NCBI GenBank assembly: GCA_964603435.1
Contig: CAZRUM010000002.1
Coordinates: 1-45,551 of the forward strand
Length of the DNA stretch: 45,551 bases
Direction: 5' to 3'
Source of the DNA: an uncultured Gammaproteobacteria bacterium
GTDB lineage: Bacteria > Patescibacteriota > Patescibacteriia > Magasanikbacterales > UBA922
The notes under the pieces are model-generated. The model was not told the DNA's origin and did no database searches. It was given only the letters and a program-made list of their open reading frames with translations. The number at the start of each line of letters is the position of its first letter. Positions within the stretch are counted from its first letter, which is position 1. Below are positions 33,713 to 42,758 of this stretch, in pieces. A program made the translations under genes and the position numbers.

Positions 33713-34807
33713 ATGAAATTATTGGTCTGCGGAGGAGCTGGCTTTATTGGCTCTAACTTCATTCACTATATACTAGAAAAATACCCACATTATGAGGTGA
33801 TAAATTTTGATAAGCTAACTTACGCTGGTAATCTTGATAATCTAAAAGCAATTGAAGAAAATATAGAACATTCATCTCGCTATCATTTTGTGAGAGGGGA
33901 TATTATTGATTATAAATTACTTTGCGAAGTGGTAGAAAAATACCAGATTGATCATATTATAAATTTTGCAGCTGAGACCCATGTGGACAGATCTATTCAC
34001 GGTGACTGTAGTGAGTTTGTGATGACCAATACCTATGGTGTTTTGATGTTGTTAAATCTTGTAAAAAATTATAACATAGAAAAATTTGTAAATGTTTCTA
34101 CTGATGAGGTCTATGGATCTCTCGAGTTGGAAGATGAAAGTTTGTTTACAGAAAGTACTCCTATAGAACCAAACATGCCATATGCAGCTGCCAAGGCTGG
34201 GGGAGATATGTTGTGTCGTGCTTATCACTCTACACACAAGCTTCCTATTGTGGTGACACATTGTTCAAATAATTACGGTCCATTTCAGTATCCAGAAAAA
34301 TTGATTCCGATTTCTATTTTTAGAATTTTGAAAAATAAAAAGATTACTATTCATGGTGATGGTAGAAATGTTCGTGACTGGATTCATGTAAAAGATCACT
34401 GTAGTGCTCTAAATCTTATGCTTCACAAAGGTGAACCAGGTGAGATTTATAATGTAGGAGTAGATAATGAAAGAAGTAATCTAGATATTGCCAAAATGAT
34501 TTTGCAGGCTATGAATAAGGGTGAGGATTTTCTTGAATTTGTTACAGATAGACCTGGCAATGACAAACGCTACGCAATTGATGCCTCAAAAATTCGTTCT
34601 TTGGGTTGGGAGCCAATTTATACTCGCGATCAGTTTGACATTGGAATGTCTGAAACAATCAACTGGTATTTAACTAATACAGAATGGGTTCATAATTTGT
34701 GGGGAAAACACGATGATGCTTATAAAATTAATAATGCTCCGGAATTGGAAAAGAAACAAAAAGAACATGATTTAAAAGTCCTAAATGGTGATGAAAAAGT
34801 CGATTAA
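33713..34807 (+). CDS. rmlB: dTDP-glucose 4,6-dehydratase
   Basis: 364 aa; GGAGFIGSN Rossmann motif, YxxxK (YAAAKAG); similar to RmlB throughout. Confidence 0.9.
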   Translation: MKLLVCGGAGFIGSNFIHYILEKYPHYEVINFDKLTYAGNLDNLKAIEENIEHSSRYHFVRGDIIDYKLLCEVVEKYQIDHIINFAAETHVDRSIHGDCSEFVMTNTYGVLMLLNLVKNYNIEKFVNVSTDEVYGSLELEDESLFTESTPIEPNMPYAAAKAGGDMLCRAYHSTHKLPIVVTHCSNNYGPFQYPEKLIPISIFRILKNKKITIHGDGRNVRDWIHVKDHCSALNLMLHKGEPGEIYNVGVDNERSNLDIAKMILQAMNKGEDFLEFVTDRPGNDKRYAIDASKIRSLGWEPIYTRDQFDIGMSETINWYLTNTEWVHNLWGKHDDAYKINNAPELEKKQKEHDLKVLNGDEKVD

Positions 34808-34939
34808 ATAGAACTCAAATTAAACAAATATAACAAATTAACACAAATAAATATTTGCGAAAATTTGTCTAATTTGTAAGATTTGCGTTCTATAAAACAT
34901 TTTATTTAGATATTATTTTAATACTGGTGGTATTAGCGT

Positions 34940-34974
34940 CGGGATCCTTCGATTCGCTATGCTCACTCAGGATT
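34940..34974 (+). repeat. Family-1 hairpin repeat as a 5' leader: CGGGATCCTTCGATTCGCTATGCTCACTCAGGATT then gtgtATG
   Basis: Canonical 34-nt copy; the AGGA at its 3' end lies 8 nt before the cupin ATG. Confidence 0.7.
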
Positions 34975-34978
34975 GTGT

Positions 34979-35380
34979 ATGAAGTTTAAAAAATTAAAAT
35001 TAAAAATTGTAGAAAATGATAAAGCAACTTATAGTTTTGCTGAGCTTAAGGATTTTGTAGATTGGAAAGTAAAACGAGTTTATTATATTCAAAATGTAAA
35101 AGAAAATACAGGTCAACATTGTCACAAGGAAGAAAAAGAATTGTTTGTCATGGTATCTGGTAGTTGTACTGCCATTATTGACCAGGGGAATGGCAAAGAA
35201 GATGTTTTATTAGAGGGACCTGGTGATGCGATTTATGTAGGTGGTTATGTTTGGCATGGATTTAAAGATTTTGCCCCGGGTTCAGTATTGTTGGCATTGT
35301 CTTCAACAAATTATAAAGAGGATAGAAGTGACTATGTAGAGGATTATGAGGAATATAAAAAGTTAGTAGAAAGTTTATAA
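34979..35380 (+). CDS. WxcM/FdtA-like cupin (dTDP-4-keto-6-deoxyglucose 3,4-ketoisomerase family)
   Basis: 134 aa; TGQHCHKEEKELFVMVSG matches the G-x-H-x-H-K FdtA-type motif. Confidence 0.65.
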   Translation: MKFKKLKLKIVENDKATYSFAELKDFVDWKVKRVYYIQNVKENTGQHCHKEEKELFVMVSGSCTAIIDQGNGKEDVLLEGPGDAIYVGGYVWHGFKDFAPGSVLLALSSTNYKEDRSDYVEDYEEYKKLVESL

Positions 35381-35539
35381 AGTATCCGCCAAAGGCGGAC
35401 CAGCCTTTGGCTGGGAAAGTCAAAAGTATTTATTGACCGCCATGGTGGTGGTTTTTTGTTTTGGTATTGACAAAGTATATTTTTTATGGTAAAAGAAGTA
35501 TAGAAAACAACGCCACGGGAGTGGCAGGAGGTTCTTACA

Positions 35540-36241
35540 ATGGCAAAGATTTCTTTGCGTGGGGTTGTCGGGTACGAGGGTGGTACTTTGGAGTGGTTGC
35601 AAAAGGTCTCGCTCGGGGGAGAACCTCGTCTCGACCTGGCAATCGCCGTGGTAACCCAGTACCGTCGGGCTCGGGCGTTCCAGCGGTCGGAGGATGAGAG
35701 CGACCAGGAGTATGGGGTGATGCTGATGAATCAGTTCATCATCCACATGGTTTCTCTCGGTCACCACTACTTGGTCCAGGGCGACATTCCTGCGGCCTGG
35801 CTCGCTGAGCACAACAAGGCTTCTGCTCTGCACGTTCTCGGTGAGCACAACAAGGCTGACGTCATCAACCGTCAGATCCTCGTTGAGATCGATGGTTACC
35901 GTGAGGAGCACGAGGTACTCGACGAGGACGGCGAGTTCGTCGAACTCAAAGTCTTTTTCGGCTTGGTGGAGAACAACGAGGAGTACCGGCAACAAGTCGG
36001 TCACGAGACCTGGGGTCAGAAGGTAGAGCACATGAAGGAAATGCATCTACCCGACTACCCGGGCCGGGTCGAGGTTTACGTCAAGTATCTGCTTGAGGAA
36101 GATCTCATGAGCAAGGGTGAAGCTTCGTTCAAGATTGGCGAAGTACTCATTTACTGCTGTGATATTCACCTCTTCGGTAAGTACGATCAGCTCGAGCGTC
36201 TGCGCCTGTTCGCCCTCTCTCTTCAGGGGCACACCGACTAG
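35540..36241 (+). CDS. hypothetical acidic 233-aa protein, GC-rich
   Basis: SD AGGAGG 8 nt upstream of the ATG; long GC-rich ORF. The overlapping minus-strand ORF 35420..36046 looks like antisense noise. Confidence 0.55.
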   Translation: MAKISLRGVVGYEGGTLEWLQKVSLGGEPRLDLAIAVVTQYRRARAFQRSEDESDQEYGVMLMNQFIIHMVSLGHHYLVQGDIPAAWLAEHNKASALHVLGEHNKADVINRQILVEIDGYREEHEVLDEDGEFVELKVFFGLVENNEEYRQQVGHETWGQKVEHMKEMHLPDYPGRVEVYVKYLLEEDLMSKGEASFKIGEVLIYCCDIHLFGKYDQLERLRLFALSLQGHTD

Positions 36242-36354
36242 GGGCACACTTCACTTCTTCTTTTCATCCTTCCCTAAGGTCATTGAATTGACCAGTTCTT
36301 TCTATTCCCACCCCACCCCGCCGCATGACATCCTTCCTGCGGCAACTTCAAAAG

Positions 36355-36378
36355 AATCCGATATGATCGGGTTTTTTT
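36355..36378 (+). terminator. intrinsic terminator after the GC-rich ORF
   Basis: ccgatatgatcgg followed by T7. Confidence 0.5.
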
Positions 36379-36455
36379 GTTTAATGGCGTAGACTTGAAA
36401 AAAAACTCTAAAAAGGCTATAATTGTGAATATATTATTTAGATTGAGCTTTAAAC

Positions 36456-36492
36456 ACGGGATCCTTCGATTCGCTGCGCTCACTCAGGATTT
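36456..36492 (+). repeat. Family-1 hairpin repeat as a 5' leader: CGGGATCCTTCGATTCGCTGCGCTCACTCAGGATTT then acttATG
   Basis: Differs at 2 positions from the 34940 copy; a TATAAT at 36411..36416 lies upstream; the AGGA lies 9 nt before the ATG. Confidence 0.7.
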
Positions 36493-36496
36493 ACTT

Positions 36497-37345
36497 ATGA
36501 AAAACAAGAAACTCCTTATTTTAGGCGCCAAGGGTAATCTTGGTTCTGTTTTGTTAGATATTTTTTCAGATAAATATGAAGTGACAGCTTGGGATTTTGC
36601 AGAGTGTGATATTACCGATGAAAATTCTCTAGAGAGTATTAAAGAATTGGTTCCAGATATTATTATCAATGCGACTGGTTATAATGATGTTGATAAGGCA
36701 GAAGATGAAGGTAAAGAAATGGTTTACAAAGTAAATGCAGGAGCTGTGGGAAATCTTGCTAAGTTAGCAAAAGAATTAGACAGTGTGTTTGTGACTTACT
36801 CTACTGATTATGTTTTTGATGGAGAAAAGGGAAGTGGATATACAGAAGAAGATGTACCAAGTCCTGTTTCTGAATACGGCAAGTCAAAATATGAAGGTGA
36901 GAAATTGGTCCGTGAAGTTTGTGAAAAATATTATATTATTCGTCCCTCATGGATTTTTGGGGTAGATGGTTCTGGTAAAAAAAGTTTTATAAATTTAATG
37001 CTTGACTTAGTTGTTAATCAAGGTAAAACACACTTGGATGTGGAAGAGTCAAGTGTTAGTAGTCCAACTTATTCTGTCGACTTGGCAAAATTAACAAGGG
37101 AAATTATTGAAGGCGAATATGAGTATGGAATTTATCATGGTAGCAATACTGGGCAGTGCAGTCGTTATGAATGGGCTCAGAAAATGTTTGAATTAAAAAA
37201 TATCAAAGTAAACATAACTCCCGTGGATGAGGATTTTTTTCCTCGTACAGCAAGACGTCCAAAGTATTCTGTTTTACTTAATACAAAATTACCTGCGTCA
37301 AGAAGTTGGCAACATGCCCTGGAAGAATATTTAAAAACTATCTAA
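36497..37345 (+). CDS. dTDP-4-dehydrorhamnose reductase-like (RmlD family NAD(P)-dependent epimerase/reductase)
   Basis: 282 aa from the ATG at 36497 (MKNKKLLILGAKGNLG); RmlD substrate-binding-domain-like. The upstream in-frame extension to 36377 is unlikely to be translated. Confidence 0.7.
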   Translation: MKNKKLLILGAKGNLGSVLLDIFSDKYEVTAWDFAECDITDENSLESIKELVPDIIINATGYNDVDKAEDEGKEMVYKVNAGAVGNLAKLAKELDSVFVTYSTDYVFDGEKGSGYTEEDVPSPVSEYGKSKYEGEKLVREVCEKYYIIRPSWIFGVDGSGKKSFINLMLDLVVNQGKTHLDVEESSVSSPTYSVDLAKLTREIIEGEYEYGIYHGSNTGQCSRYEWAQKMFELKNIKVNITPVDEDFFPRTARRPKYSVLLNTKLPASRSWQHALEEYLKTI

Positions 37346-37347
37346 TC

Positions 37348-37369
37348 GGCCTTCGCTAAAGCTACGGCC
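37348..37369 (+). repeat. Family-2 hairpin repeat (GGCC-TTCGCTAAAGCTAC-GGCC) between the RmlD-like gene and the first GT2 gene
   Basis: Reverse complement of the conserved core CGTAGCTTTAGCGAAG with a GGCC/GGCC stem. Confidence 0.55.
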
Positions 37370-37377
37370 AGACAAGT

Positions 37378-38226
37378 ATGGATTTAAGCATTGTTACAGT
37401 TAATACTAATGACAAAAATATTTTGAGACAAATCAAATCTGTTATTGAGTCAACAAAAAATATTGAGTTTGAACAGATTGTGTCTGATAATGGTTCAACT
37501 GATAATAGTCTAGAAGAAATTAGAAGTAAATTTCCAGAAGTAAAAATTGTTGAAAATAAAAAAAATATTGGGTTTGGTAAAGCGAATAATAGTGGGGTTA
37601 ATATTTCTACTGGTAAATATGTTTTATTGCTCAATCCTGATATGGAAGTACAGTCTGGATCTTTAGAAAAAATTGTAAAATGGATGGATGACCATAAAGA
37701 TGTTGGTTTGGTAAGTTGTAAATTAGTAGACAGCGAAGGTAAATTTAGTAAAAATGCTGCCCCAAGAAGATTTCCTAAGCTTGTTGACCAGTTGGCAATT
37801 TTATTGAAATTACCTCATGTTTTACCTAAAATAGTAAATAAGTATTTGCTGACTGATTTTGATGAAACACAAGAGCAGGAAGTAGACTCTGTGCGTGGGT
37901 CTTTTATGTTGCTAAGAAAGGAAATAATTGCTAAACTAGGGTGGGCATTTGATCCACGATATTTTATCTGGTTTGAGGACGTAGATACTTGTCGTGAAGT
38001 AAAGAAACTGGGTTATAAAGTTATGTACACACCGATTATTTCTTGCGTAGATTTAATTGGTCAGACTTTCAAAAAACAACCAACTTACCAAAAACAAGTT
38101 TGGTTTACAGGTTCAATGCTTAAATATTTTAAAAAATGGGAGCCGTGGTACAAATGGATGTGGATTGCAATTTTTAGACCAGTGGCATTACTACTCACTT
38201 TAGTAGTTGGTAAATTCAAAAAATAA
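37378..38226 (+). CDS. glycosyltransferase family 2
   Basis: 282 aa; GT-A motifs (VSDNGSTDNS, LLLNPDMEV, DxD-like region). Confidence 0.8.
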   Translation: MDLSIVTVNTNDKNILRQIKSVIESTKNIEFEQIVSDNGSTDNSLEEIRSKFPEVKIVENKKNIGFGKANNSGVNISTGKYVLLLNPDMEVQSGSLEKIVKWMDDHKDVGLVSCKLVDSEGKFSKNAAPRRFPKLVDQLAILLKLPHVLPKIVNKYLLTDFDETQEQEVDSVRGSFMLLRKEIIAKLGWAFDPRYFIWFEDVDTCREVKKLGYKVMYTPIISCVDLIGQTFKKQPTYQKQVWFTGSMLKYFKKWEPWYKWMWIAIFRPVALLLTLVVGKFKK

Positions 38227-38229
38227 ATT

Positions 38230-39306
38230 ATGACAAAATTAACTATCAATACAATATTTTTTAAAGATGAAGAAGAAAAGTATTTTTCTTATCTTTTTGA
38301 ATCTTTGCAAAAACAAACTTTCAAAGATTGGCAGTTGCAAGTTTTGGATAACGGAGCCAGTCCTGAGTTGATTGGAAAATTGAAAGGGCAATTAGATAAA
38401 TTGGATAATAAATCAGAAATAATTCACTCTGACAAAAATATTGGTTTTGCCAACGGTCATAATTTACTATACAAAAAATCTGACAGTGAATATGTCTTGA
38501 TGTTGAATCCAGATATGTATTTGCAATTAGACGTATTGGAAAAGTTGGTAAAATTTCTTGATCAACACAAGGAAGTGGCCACAGCCTCAACACGATTGAT
38601 GCGTTGGGATTTTGCTAAGCTAGGATCTGGTGGAGATTTGCAAGCTAGCTTTACCAATCAGATTGACGCTATTGGTATTAGGCTTTTGCGTAATCGTAGA
38701 GCTATAGAGTGGCTTGCTCAACAAGAGTGGAAGGAAGATAGTGAAAATAAACATGTCAAAAATTTGTATAATAAATCAATTGTAGAAGTTTTTGGAGTGT
38801 CTGGAGCTTTGCCAATTTATCGTAAGTCACAAATTGATAATGTTTTGTTACCAGACGGTAATGTTTTTGATCCAACTTATCACTCATACAAAGAAGATCT
38901 CGACTTAGCTTATCGCTTGCGTAACATGGGTTATACTTCTTATGTGTTACTCGACGCAGTTGTTTATCACGATAGGACTGGTGCTGCGCCAAAGAAAATG
39001 GGGGATTGGTCTGCTATAAAAAATTATAAAAAACATAGTAAGTACATTCGTTTTCATTCTTACAAAAATCATTTACGTACACTTTATAAAAATGAATATT
39101 GGCAGAATTTATTACTAGATTTACCATTTATATTTTGGTTTGAGTTCAAGAAGTTTGTATTTTTATTATCTACTTCACCCAGTGTGATTTTTGTTGGTTG
39201 GAAAGAAATTTTACAAAATTATAAATATACTAGAAAAGCAAAAAAAGATATAAAACAAAAACGAAAAATGTATTGGAAAGGTTTAAGACGTTGGTTTAGC
39301 ATATAA
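38230..39306 (+). CDS. glycosyltransferase family 2
   Basis: 358 aa; LDNGAS, LMLNPDMY; C-terminal membrane-associated region. Confidence 0.75.
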   Translation: MTKLTINTIFFKDEEEKYFSYLFESLQKQTFKDWQLQVLDNGASPELIGKLKGQLDKLDNKSEIIHSDKNIGFANGHNLLYKKSDSEYVLMLNPDMYLQLDVLEKLVKFLDQHKEVATASTRLMRWDFAKLGSGGDLQASFTNQIDAIGIRLLRNRRAIEWLAQQEWKEDSENKHVKNLYNKSIVEVFGVSGALPIYRKSQIDNVLLPDGNVFDPTYHSYKEDLDLAYRLRNMGYTSYVLLDAVVYHDRTGAAPKKMGDWSAIKNYKKHSKYIRFHSYKNHLRTLYKNEYWQNLLLDLPFIFWFEFKKFVFLLSTSPSVIFVGWKEILQNYKYTRKAKKDIKQKRKMYWKGLRRWFSI

Positions 39307-39309
39307 ATT

Positions 39310-40137
39310 ATGAAAGACATTTGTATTACAATGGTAAACACAGACGAAGAAAAGGACATCGAGAGATGTCTTTTGTCACTATACGAAGATAATAAAGATT
39401 CTGGCTTAGATATCAGTATTGTAATTATAGATAACAATAGTAAAACTGATATAGAACCATTGGTAAAAGAAAAATTTCCAAAAGTAAAATTATTACGTCA
39501 AGAGAAAAATCAAGGTTTTGGTAAGTCTCACAACAAAGCTCTTTCAAGTGAAGAAGCAAAATATTATTTTGTTCTCAACCCAGACACTGTTTTCAAAACC
39601 AATGAGCATTTGTTAAAGGCCATGTATGGCTTTATGGAAGAACATGAGAAAGTAGGAATGATTGGTCCAAGAATTGTTTATCCAGATGGCGCTTTACAGT
39701 ATTCTTGTTATCGTTTTCCTAGATTTATGCAACCACTCTATAGTCGTACTTCACTTGGTAAAAAGGGAAAAGGTAAGCGCATCGCAGATGAGTTTACTAT
39801 GAAAGATTTTGAGCATAATGAGACTCGTCCAGTAGATTGGATTATGGGTTCAGCTATGTTTGTACGTAAAATTGCTATGGACGAGGTGGGTATGTTTGAT
39901 GGCAGATATTGGATGTATGCCGAAGATAGTGATTGGTGTCGTCGTTTTTGGGAGGCTGGTTGGCCAATTTATTATGTTCACAATATTGTGATAGAACATT
40001 TTCACGGACGGGCTTCAGCCAAAGTACCAGGGATTATAAATGCTTTACTCAAAAATAAATATGCTCGTGTTCACCTAATAAGTTGGCTCAAGTATTTTTG
40101 GAAATGGCGTGGTAATCACAAATACTATGCAAAATAA
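39310..40137 (+). CDS. glycosyltransferase family 2
   Basis: 275 aa; IIDNNSKTD, FVLNPDTV. Confidence 0.8.
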   Translation: MKDICITMVNTDEEKDIERCLLSLYEDNKDSGLDISIVIIDNNSKTDIEPLVKEKFPKVKLLRQEKNQGFGKSHNKALSSEEAKYYFVLNPDTVFKTNEHLLKAMYGFMEEHEKVGMIGPRIVYPDGALQYSCYRFPRFMQPLYSRTSLGKKGKGKRIADEFTMKDFEHNETRPVDWIMGSAMFVRKIAMDEVGMFDGRYWMYAEDSDWCRRFWEAGWPIYYVHNIVIEHFHGRASAKVPGIINALLKNKYARVHLISWLKYFWKWRGNHKYYAK

Positions 40138-41233
40138 AAGCAAGATTGTTATCATGTATCTTCTTTGGGATCAGGAACCGTATGATTATCTATCCGACGC
40201 TATTGAAGGTGTAAAAAACCAAACCTATGACAAAGACTCGACAGAGTTTTTGCTTGTTTATAATTCACACAAACCAGAAAATAAATCAGCTTGTCCATAT
40301 ATTCGTGAAGAGGTAGAAAAACACAAAAGTGAATTATCTCATGTGACAATTTTAGAACAGACAGAAAATCTTGGTTTTTCGGGTGGTAATAATTGTGGTA
40401 TGCAGTGGGCACTAGACAATGGTTTTGATTATGTATTTCTTCACAACGGTGATGGCTATATGGGCGCAGACTGTCTTGTAAAAACGGTGGAAGCTCTGGA
40501 TAAAGATAAAACCATTGGTGCGGTACAGTCGCTTGTTATGCTTCATCCAGAAACAAATCTAATAAATAGTTCTGGTAATGCCTATCAATTTCTTGGTTTT
40601 GGTTATAGTAATGATTATAGGAAAGATATTAATAATTTAAATTTACCTGAGATAAAAGAAATTGCCTATGCCAGTGGAGCAGCTATTACTATGCGCACAA
40701 GTTTACTAAAAGAATTTGGACTGTGGGATCATGATTTTTTTATGTATCATGAAGATACTGAATATTCTTTTCGTTTGCGTATGGCAGGTTATAAAATAGT
40801 TGCAGTCAAAGATTCTGTGTTTTACCACAAATATCAATTTTCAAAAAGTATTTCTAAGTTTTTTTGGATGGAGAGAAATCGCTATGCTGTCATGCTTATG
40901 TTTATGCGTCTGCCAACTTTGCTTTTACTAATGCCCATGGAAATAATTTTAGAATTTGGTTTGTGGATTTTTGCTTTCAAAGGTGGTTGGGCAGGGGAGA
41001 GATGGAAGGTTTACAAGTATTGGTTGAAAACTGAAAATTGGAAATTGTGGTGGGGCAAGAGAAAGAAGATTCAAAAGATGAGAAAGATAACGGACAGAAA
41101 AATGCTAAAGAGTTTCGCAGCTGGAATTTATTTTCAAGAAAAAACAATGCAAAATCCAATTTTAAAATATATCGGCAATCCTATTTTAACTTTGTATTAT
41201 TGGGTTGTAGTAAGATTGTTGATTTGGTGGTAA
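40109..41233 (+). CDS. glycosyltransferase family 2-like (rhamnosyltransferase-like) with C-terminal TM region
   Basis: 374 aa; LVYNSHKPEN, FLHNGDGY, GT-A fold features; overlaps the previous gene by 29 nt. Confidence 0.65.
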   Translation: MVITNTMQNKSKIVIMYLLWDQEPYDYLSDAIEGVKNQTYDKDSTEFLLVYNSHKPENKSACPYIREEVEKHKSELSHVTILEQTENLGFSGGNNCGMQWALDNGFDYVFLHNGDGYMGADCLVKTVEALDKDKTIGAVQSLVMLHPETNLINSSGNAYQFLGFGYSNDYRKDINNLNLPEIKEIAYASGAAITMRTSLLKEFGLWDHDFFMYHEDTEYSFRLRMAGYKIVAVKDSVFYHKYQFSKSISKFFWMERNRYAVMLMFMRLPTLLLLMPMEIILEFGLWIFAFKGGWAGERWKVYKYWLKTENWKLWWGKRKKIQKMRKITDRKMLKSFAAGIYFQEKTMQNPILKYIGNPILTLYYWVVVRLLIWW

Positions 41234-41235
41234 CC

Positions 41236-41270
41236 AATCCTGAGAGAGCTCGAGCGACCGAAGGATCCCG
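41236..41270 (-). repeat. Family-1 hairpin repeat, minus orientation, immediately after the GT2 stop
   Basis: AATCCTGAGAGAGCTCGAGCGACCGAAGGATCCCG is the reverse complement of the canonical element. Confidence 0.65.
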
Positions 41271-41286
41271 ATGTAAAAATAAAAAA

Positions 41287-41322
41287 ACAACGAGATATTT
41301 CAATCTCGTTGTTTTTTGTTTA
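41287..41322. terminator. bidirectional intrinsic terminator between the convergent genes
   Basis: A7, caacgagatatttcaatctcgttg, T6. Confidence 0.7.
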
Positions 41323-41352
41323 TAATTTTATATATTGTTTATTTTTCTGACA

Positions 41353-41398
41353 CGGGATCCTTCGACCCCCCTTCGTAAATTCAGGGTTGCTCAGGATT
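41353..41398 (+). repeat. Family-1 hairpin repeat, plus orientation, forming an inverted pair with 41236..41270
   Basis: CGGGATCCTTCGACCCCCCTTCGTAAATTCAGGGTTGCTCAGGATT. The outer termini AACCAATCCTGAG / CTCAGGATTGGTT are inverted repeats extending into both stop codons. Confidence 0.65.
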
Positions 41399-41400
41399 GG

Positions 41401-42696
41401 TTAGTACTCTAGTTTAAACACACCATCTACACCAGAATAATTCCCTAGGAAAAATATTTTTCTTGCATTGGGGTTAGCAGAGATTTGTTTTATATATACT
41501 TCAGACAAAAGTTCATGGGTAATGTAATACCCTGGGTTAAAACTTGTGATTCTATTTTCATTTGCAAGCAATAAAACCCCATATTTATCGAGTGGATAAA
41601 GGAATTCAATTTTTTCACTAGTGCGATCAAAAAGTTCAGCTCGACCGTCCTCATAAATACTCCAGAGTTCCCATGGTGACCATATTAGCCATTCATTTGT
41701 ATGTGAGTTATAAAGATGATTAGTCGCATTGATATTGTGGTTATTATCTAAATTATCAAAATCAAGAATTTTAATTTCACTAGATGTTTTGTAAATTATT
41801 CTGTTGTTATTTATATTAATTATTTTTTCTACACCATTACCTAGATTATATTCTTTATCTTCATTTTTTATTTTTCCTTCGCTGTAATGCCAAATATTTT
41901 GATTATCTTTTGTGTACCAAATATTTGTTTTAAAAGGTAGGGTAAAAATAAGTTCTTTTTTGTTTAAATTGAAAGAATTAATTTCATTTAGTTCTTGTAT
42001 ATATAATAGGGGGGAAAATTCACTATTACTCCATTGTAAATTAGTTATGTTGGTTGTGAAATTATAAGTTTGGGTAGTATCGGGTGTGTTTGCATTTGTA
42101 ATTTGTATTGAAGTTGGAGTCTTAATAGCAAAAAAATTGGCAAATGGTGACCAAGATATTTCTACATTTTCAAGTGCACGATAAATAGAAGTAAGATCCT
42201 CTGTGGCTGTCTTGTAGAGGTAAAGTTCGTTTATATTTTTATTTTTTGTTTGTACCAAAATATATTCACCATTGAATGATGTGTGTAGATTAGTTATATT
42301 ATCTAAAGTTGGTAAAATTTTTATAGGTAGACTTTGTTTGAATAGTGTAATGTCACGTACATAAGTCGTTTTCCTACTTTCAATAGAAATTTCTTTTGAC
42401 CAATCTTGATAACCGGATTTTTGTAAAAGTAGAGTATAGTTGCCAGGTGCACGATTGGACAGTCTAATCGGCATATTTTTATTTACTTTTACATTATTTA
42501 AAAATACTTGTATATCATTTGGTTTGGCATCAATACTAAGAACCCCGGTTTGTTCTATCTGTCCAGTAGAAAAATCATAACGATAGCCAGCAGTGTACAT
42601 TATCACTAATGGAGATACAACAAAAAAAATAACAAACAAGAAAATCATGATGCCGCGACGGATAGGTTTTGTTAAAATTGTTTTAGGATAGGTCAT
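41401..42696 (-). CDS. PEGA-domain protein with N-terminal membrane anchor and a large beta-rich C-terminal domain
   Basis: 431 aa; TM helix, then a PEGA-like segment (LSIDAKPNDIQVFLNNVKV…APGNYTLLLQKSGYQDWSKEI). Confidence 0.55.
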   Translation of the reverse strand: MTYPKTILTKPIRRGIMIFLFVIFFVVSPLVIMYTAGYRYDFSTGQIEQTGVLSIDAKPNDIQVFLNNVKVNKNMPIRLSNRAPGNYTLLLQKSGYQDWSKEISIESRKTTYVRDITLFKQSLPIKILPTLDNITNLHTSFNGEYILVQTKNKNINELYLYKTATEDLTSIYRALENVEISWSPFANFFAIKTPTSIQITNANTPDTTQTYNFTTNITNLQWSNSEFSPLLYIQELNEINSFNLNKKELIFTLPFKTNIWYTKDNQNIWHYSEGKIKNEDKEYNLGNGVEKIININNNRIIYKTSSEIKILDFDNLDNNHNINATNHLYNSHTNEWLIWSPWELWSIYEDGRAELFDRTSEKIEFLYPLDKYGVLLLANENRITSFNPGYYITHELLSEVYIKQISANPNARKIFFLGNYSGVDGVFKLEY

Positions 42697-42758
42697 TTGA
42701 AGTTTTAAAGCTTTTCAGGTACAATAATACCGTATTTAAACCAAAAAATCAAGTTTTT

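Noticed and set aside
35420-36046. Minus-strand 208-aa ORF in the GC-rich island, and the plus-strand 78-aa and 61-aa ORFs
   Set aside because: They are antisense or out of frame relative to the SD-preceded 233-aa plus-strand ORF, and their composition is typical of spurious GC-rich frames.
36377-36496. Upstream extension of the RmlD-like ORF (MFNGVDLKKNSKK…)
   Set aside because: The extension covers the promoter and the Family-1 leader element. The conserved N-terminus MKNKKLLILGAKGNLG starts at 36497, right after the element's AGGA.
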